A stretch of DNA of 64,000 nt from Leucoraja ocellata. Taxonomy: Eukaryota. Shown piece by piece: positions 42,801 to 64,000 of the stretch. The stretch spans positions 496,001 through 560,000 of the forward strand of contig JAWMAR010000346.1 of NCBI GenBank assembly GCA_036785375.1. Direction: 5' to 3'. The position numbers and the translations under genes are program-made. The notes below the pieces were generated by a model, which had not been told where the DNA came from, did no database searches, and was given only the letters and a program-made list of their open reading frames with translations. Each line of letters opens with the position of its first letter. The stretch's first letter is position 1.

Positions 42801-43214
42801 TCATAAACAAAATAATGAAGGATGTGCTTCCATTTACAAAGCTGTCTATTTATATCTCACTCAATCCACTTTCTACTGTATGATATTTTAAAAATTAATA
42901 TGCATCTGAGAAATGTAAAATTTATATTATAAATAAACTGTTAAACATTATATATTGATCTTTTATTCCCATACATTTGTGATCTTTATCACCCACAAGA
43001 ACACAGGCAGAATTGGGGAATGGATATGTGAATTCTAAACATATTTGTCCCTGCCAAGACAGCAGACACTTATTTTAAAGGTTCTCTGACGGAAGAGTTA
43101 AAACATTGGACTTATCATGTGTCAGTTTTCCATTTTTAAACTTGTATGGACAAACGCGAATGGTGAATAAATGAATGGTAAAGAATTCCAAAGCAAATTA
43201 CTGACTGTGCTTCT

Positions 43215-43310
43215 CTAATTATAGCCTGATATTGGACGACCAGCTGATGCAGGTATACTATATATGGGAAATGAGCCCGCTGTGCTAACAAATAACAACA
43301 GTATATATAA
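43215..43310 (+). promoter_or_regulatory. Candidate core promoter of MYH gene B (MEF2, inverted CCAAT, E-box, CArG-like, TATA)
   Basis: CTAATTATAG (MEF2 consensus) 43215-43224; ATTGG 43231-43235; CAGCTG 43241-43246; CTATATATGG (CArG-like) 43258-43267; TATATAA 43304-43310. Confidence 0.65.
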
Positions 43311-43332
43311 GTTGCCAGAGAACACACAGAGC

Positions 43333-43580
43333 TGCTGGTGTCCAACCATCGGGGTAAGTTTCCAGCTGACTTCATCTATTTTTTTCAGTAATAAACACAT
43401 CGTTATGTAAAACGTCACTAATAACAGAAAAAAAAAATCCAGTTATCTGCCTCGCGTATAACCCAAATTATGTAAATGTATATTTAAATCACCGGCAAAG
43501 AAGAAAATGAATTTACCTATTGTGTTTTGATTTTGTTAGAATTGGCGTGGAGGATTTTATTTTACGAAGGATTGATAAAG
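43333..43580 (+). other. Putative non-coding 5'UTR exons 1 (about 43333-43353) and 2 (43540-43580) of gene B; next exon starts 44692
   Basis: Consensus donor GGG|GTAAGT at 43354; acceptor TTTTGTTAG| at 43539 and donor AAG|GTAAGG at 43581; acceptor ATCCAG| at 44691, homologous to gene A 6113. Confidence 0.55.
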
Positions 43581-43584
43581 GTAA

Positions 43585-43818
43585 GGAGACACGAGAGAGA
43601 GACTGCCGATATTGTTGTCTGGAGCAACAATCTGAAGGGCTAACTCGGAGGGTCGAGCAGCATTTGTGCGGGAAGGGAATGTGGATGTTTCTAAACGTCG
43701 ATGAGAGACAAAAGTGCTGGAGAAAGCGGGTGTGGAGCGAAGGAAATAGGCAACGTTTCTGGCCGAAACCCTTCTAAACGTCGATAGTTCCTTTACGCAC
43801 AGATGTTGCTCGACCCAC
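43585..43818. mobile_element. Palindromic-family insertion with 12-bp target site duplication
   Basis: TGATAAAGGTAA at 43573-43584 and 43819-43830; interior has ACTCGG.GGGTCGAGCAGCAT / ATGTTGCTCGACCC arms and CAACGTTTC.GGCCGAAACCCTTCT. Confidence 0.6.
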
Positions 43819-44706
43819 TGATAAAGGTAATACGATAAACACAAGCAAGTGCTTCTTTTAGAAAACTAATAAGAAAAGTTTAATTTTCCTGTGAATCAGG
43901 TTTTGCTGAATGTGTGGTTTTGCGTTCAGACCCATGAGGTTACATTCAGTTATCTGCTGAGCACTTCAACCATTCCGCTTGTTATTCGAAGCCGCATCGC
44001 AAGCGGCTGTTCAGCTCCCGAAAGAACGGTATTGTATATCTATGATATATAAATATGACACACATTCCACGCGACTGCGACACGACAATCCGCACTTCCC
44101 TTAATTCCAAATAAATGTTGTTTCATGTGATTGAAACATAATATGCCTAGGATCAGCTGCTTATCATTCTGAACACGCCGAACAAATAAATATTGGATGA
44201 TAAAGATATGTAAACATGGTGCTTCCGAAATGTTGATCTCATATTCTTCAAAATTATAACCCATCAATTTTGCCATGGTATGGAAGCCACGGGAAAAAAA
44301 TATGTGTATCATATTTTTAAATTGAGAAAACGCCACTAATTAGGTTTCCATTGGTAACTAACATAGTTCGTCGAGGCTTAATGAAGTCAAGGAGAAACTG
44401 TATTTTCTAATCCGCTATCAAACATATCAATAACGTGATTAATTCAAGGATCTAAATGCAAGAAATAGTAAAGGATACAAATTATACTGTAGCATATGGT
44501 TGTTACATTTATGCATACTACAGGGGGAATCAGTCAAAAGTTATTAAACATGCTTCTTTTAAAACGTTAATTCAGTGCGCTGCTGCAGTTTAAGGAAAGA
44601 TGAATTATGTATCCCTGTCGACAAGTAATACCATGAAGTATGCTGATACTATTTAGTATCAAATGATTGAAATGTTCCTTGTGTGATCCAGCAATAGACC
44701 GAAGCC

Positions 44707-63221
<18,515 letters not shown>

Positions 63222-63309
63222 ATGACAACTTGAAATGGTCCAAAGAAGAAATCTACAAAATGTGTATTTCTTTGTAACATAGTTTTATAAATGTAGCAAT
63301 ATCAACAAA

Positions 63310-63315
63310 AATAAA
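63310..63315 (+). terminator. Polyadenylation signal of gene B
   Basis: AATAAA about 90 nt after the TAG, at the position equivalent to gene A. Confidence 0.75.
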
Positions 63316-63852
63316 CGTGCAACACGAAATTGGCGCTTTGTCAGCTTGTGTTATTTAGATGATTCAAAAATCAGAGCAGGATCGATGCGATGCATGGAAA
63401 ACCTTCAAAGGAAAACATTTTGCAAGCAAAATATTGGACAGAGAGCGAATTAGAATAATGCATATGAAATATTTTTCAATCATGAATCAAGAATATCTAT
63501 ATCAGCATTGACATTATGGAGTGAAAATTAAACTGTTGCTCACACTTAGTCAAGACGTATGTGCCCGTGGCAGGCTTAAAATGACCTACAAACCTTATGA
63601 ACACATTCTGGCTGTAGTGCCTATGCTACCTCCACGGGAAAGTTGGACAGAAGAGCCTGTTTCCATGCTGTATAATTCTATTACTCTATGAGTGACCAGT
63701 GGATTGGGAGAAAGATTTAGTGTAAGGGACTTATTCTTAGCATCTAATTGTCAGTGTAAGTTTTCAGACTGAAAACCAATCACATTAGGTTTGAATGTTA
63801 TAATTCTTTCCCAACAAAGGATATATTTATAAGAAATGAAGTTCTCTTTAAA

Positions 63853-64000
63853 CAACATAGAAACATAGAAGTTAGGTGCAGGAGTAGGCCATTCGGCCCT
63901 TCGAGCCTGCACCGCCATTCAATATGATCATGGCTGATCATCCAACTCAGTATCTCGTACCTGCCTTCTCTCCATACCCCCTGATCCCCTTAGCCACAAG
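63853..64000 (-). mobile_element. CR1 3' end (minus), runs off window end
   Basis: (AACATAGA)n tail then AGGTGCAGGAGTAGGCCATTCGGCCCTTCGAGCC..CATGGCTGATCATCC. Confidence 0.8.

Overview
Eukaryotic (vertebrate) genomic DNA. The repeat content (V-SINE/HE1-like SINEs, CR1-type LINEs, Rex1-like and Penelope-like fragments) suggests a cartilaginous fish, possibly a skate or ray (inference). The window holds two complete, intact, tandem + strand sarcomeric myosin heavy chain genes of skeletal-type exon structure, each with 39 coding exons that I spliced by hand: gene A CDS 6129-24047 (about 1936 aa) and gene B CDS 44707-63221 (about 1934 aa). Each has a candidate MEF2/CArG-like/TATA promoter, two short 5'UTR exons and an AATAAA. 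The 19 kb intergenic region is mostly decayed retroelements plus a few muscle-enhancer-like islands. Main observations: (1) patchy homogenisation of the two paralogs, including a tract where introns are more similar than exons; (2) divergence at loop 1, loop 2 and one rod exon; (3) many short palindromic repeats carrying hammerhead-ribozyme-like cores, alongside Penelope GIY-YIG remnants; (4) a 40-bp inverted repeat that copies a proximal promoter motif; (5) a shared GC-AG intron; (6) a TSD that duplicates a 5'UTR splice donor; (7) a young poly(A)/TSD retro-insertion. No prokaryotic-type systems (CRISPR etc.) are supported. Repeat boundaries are approximate and family names come from motif recognition, not a database search.
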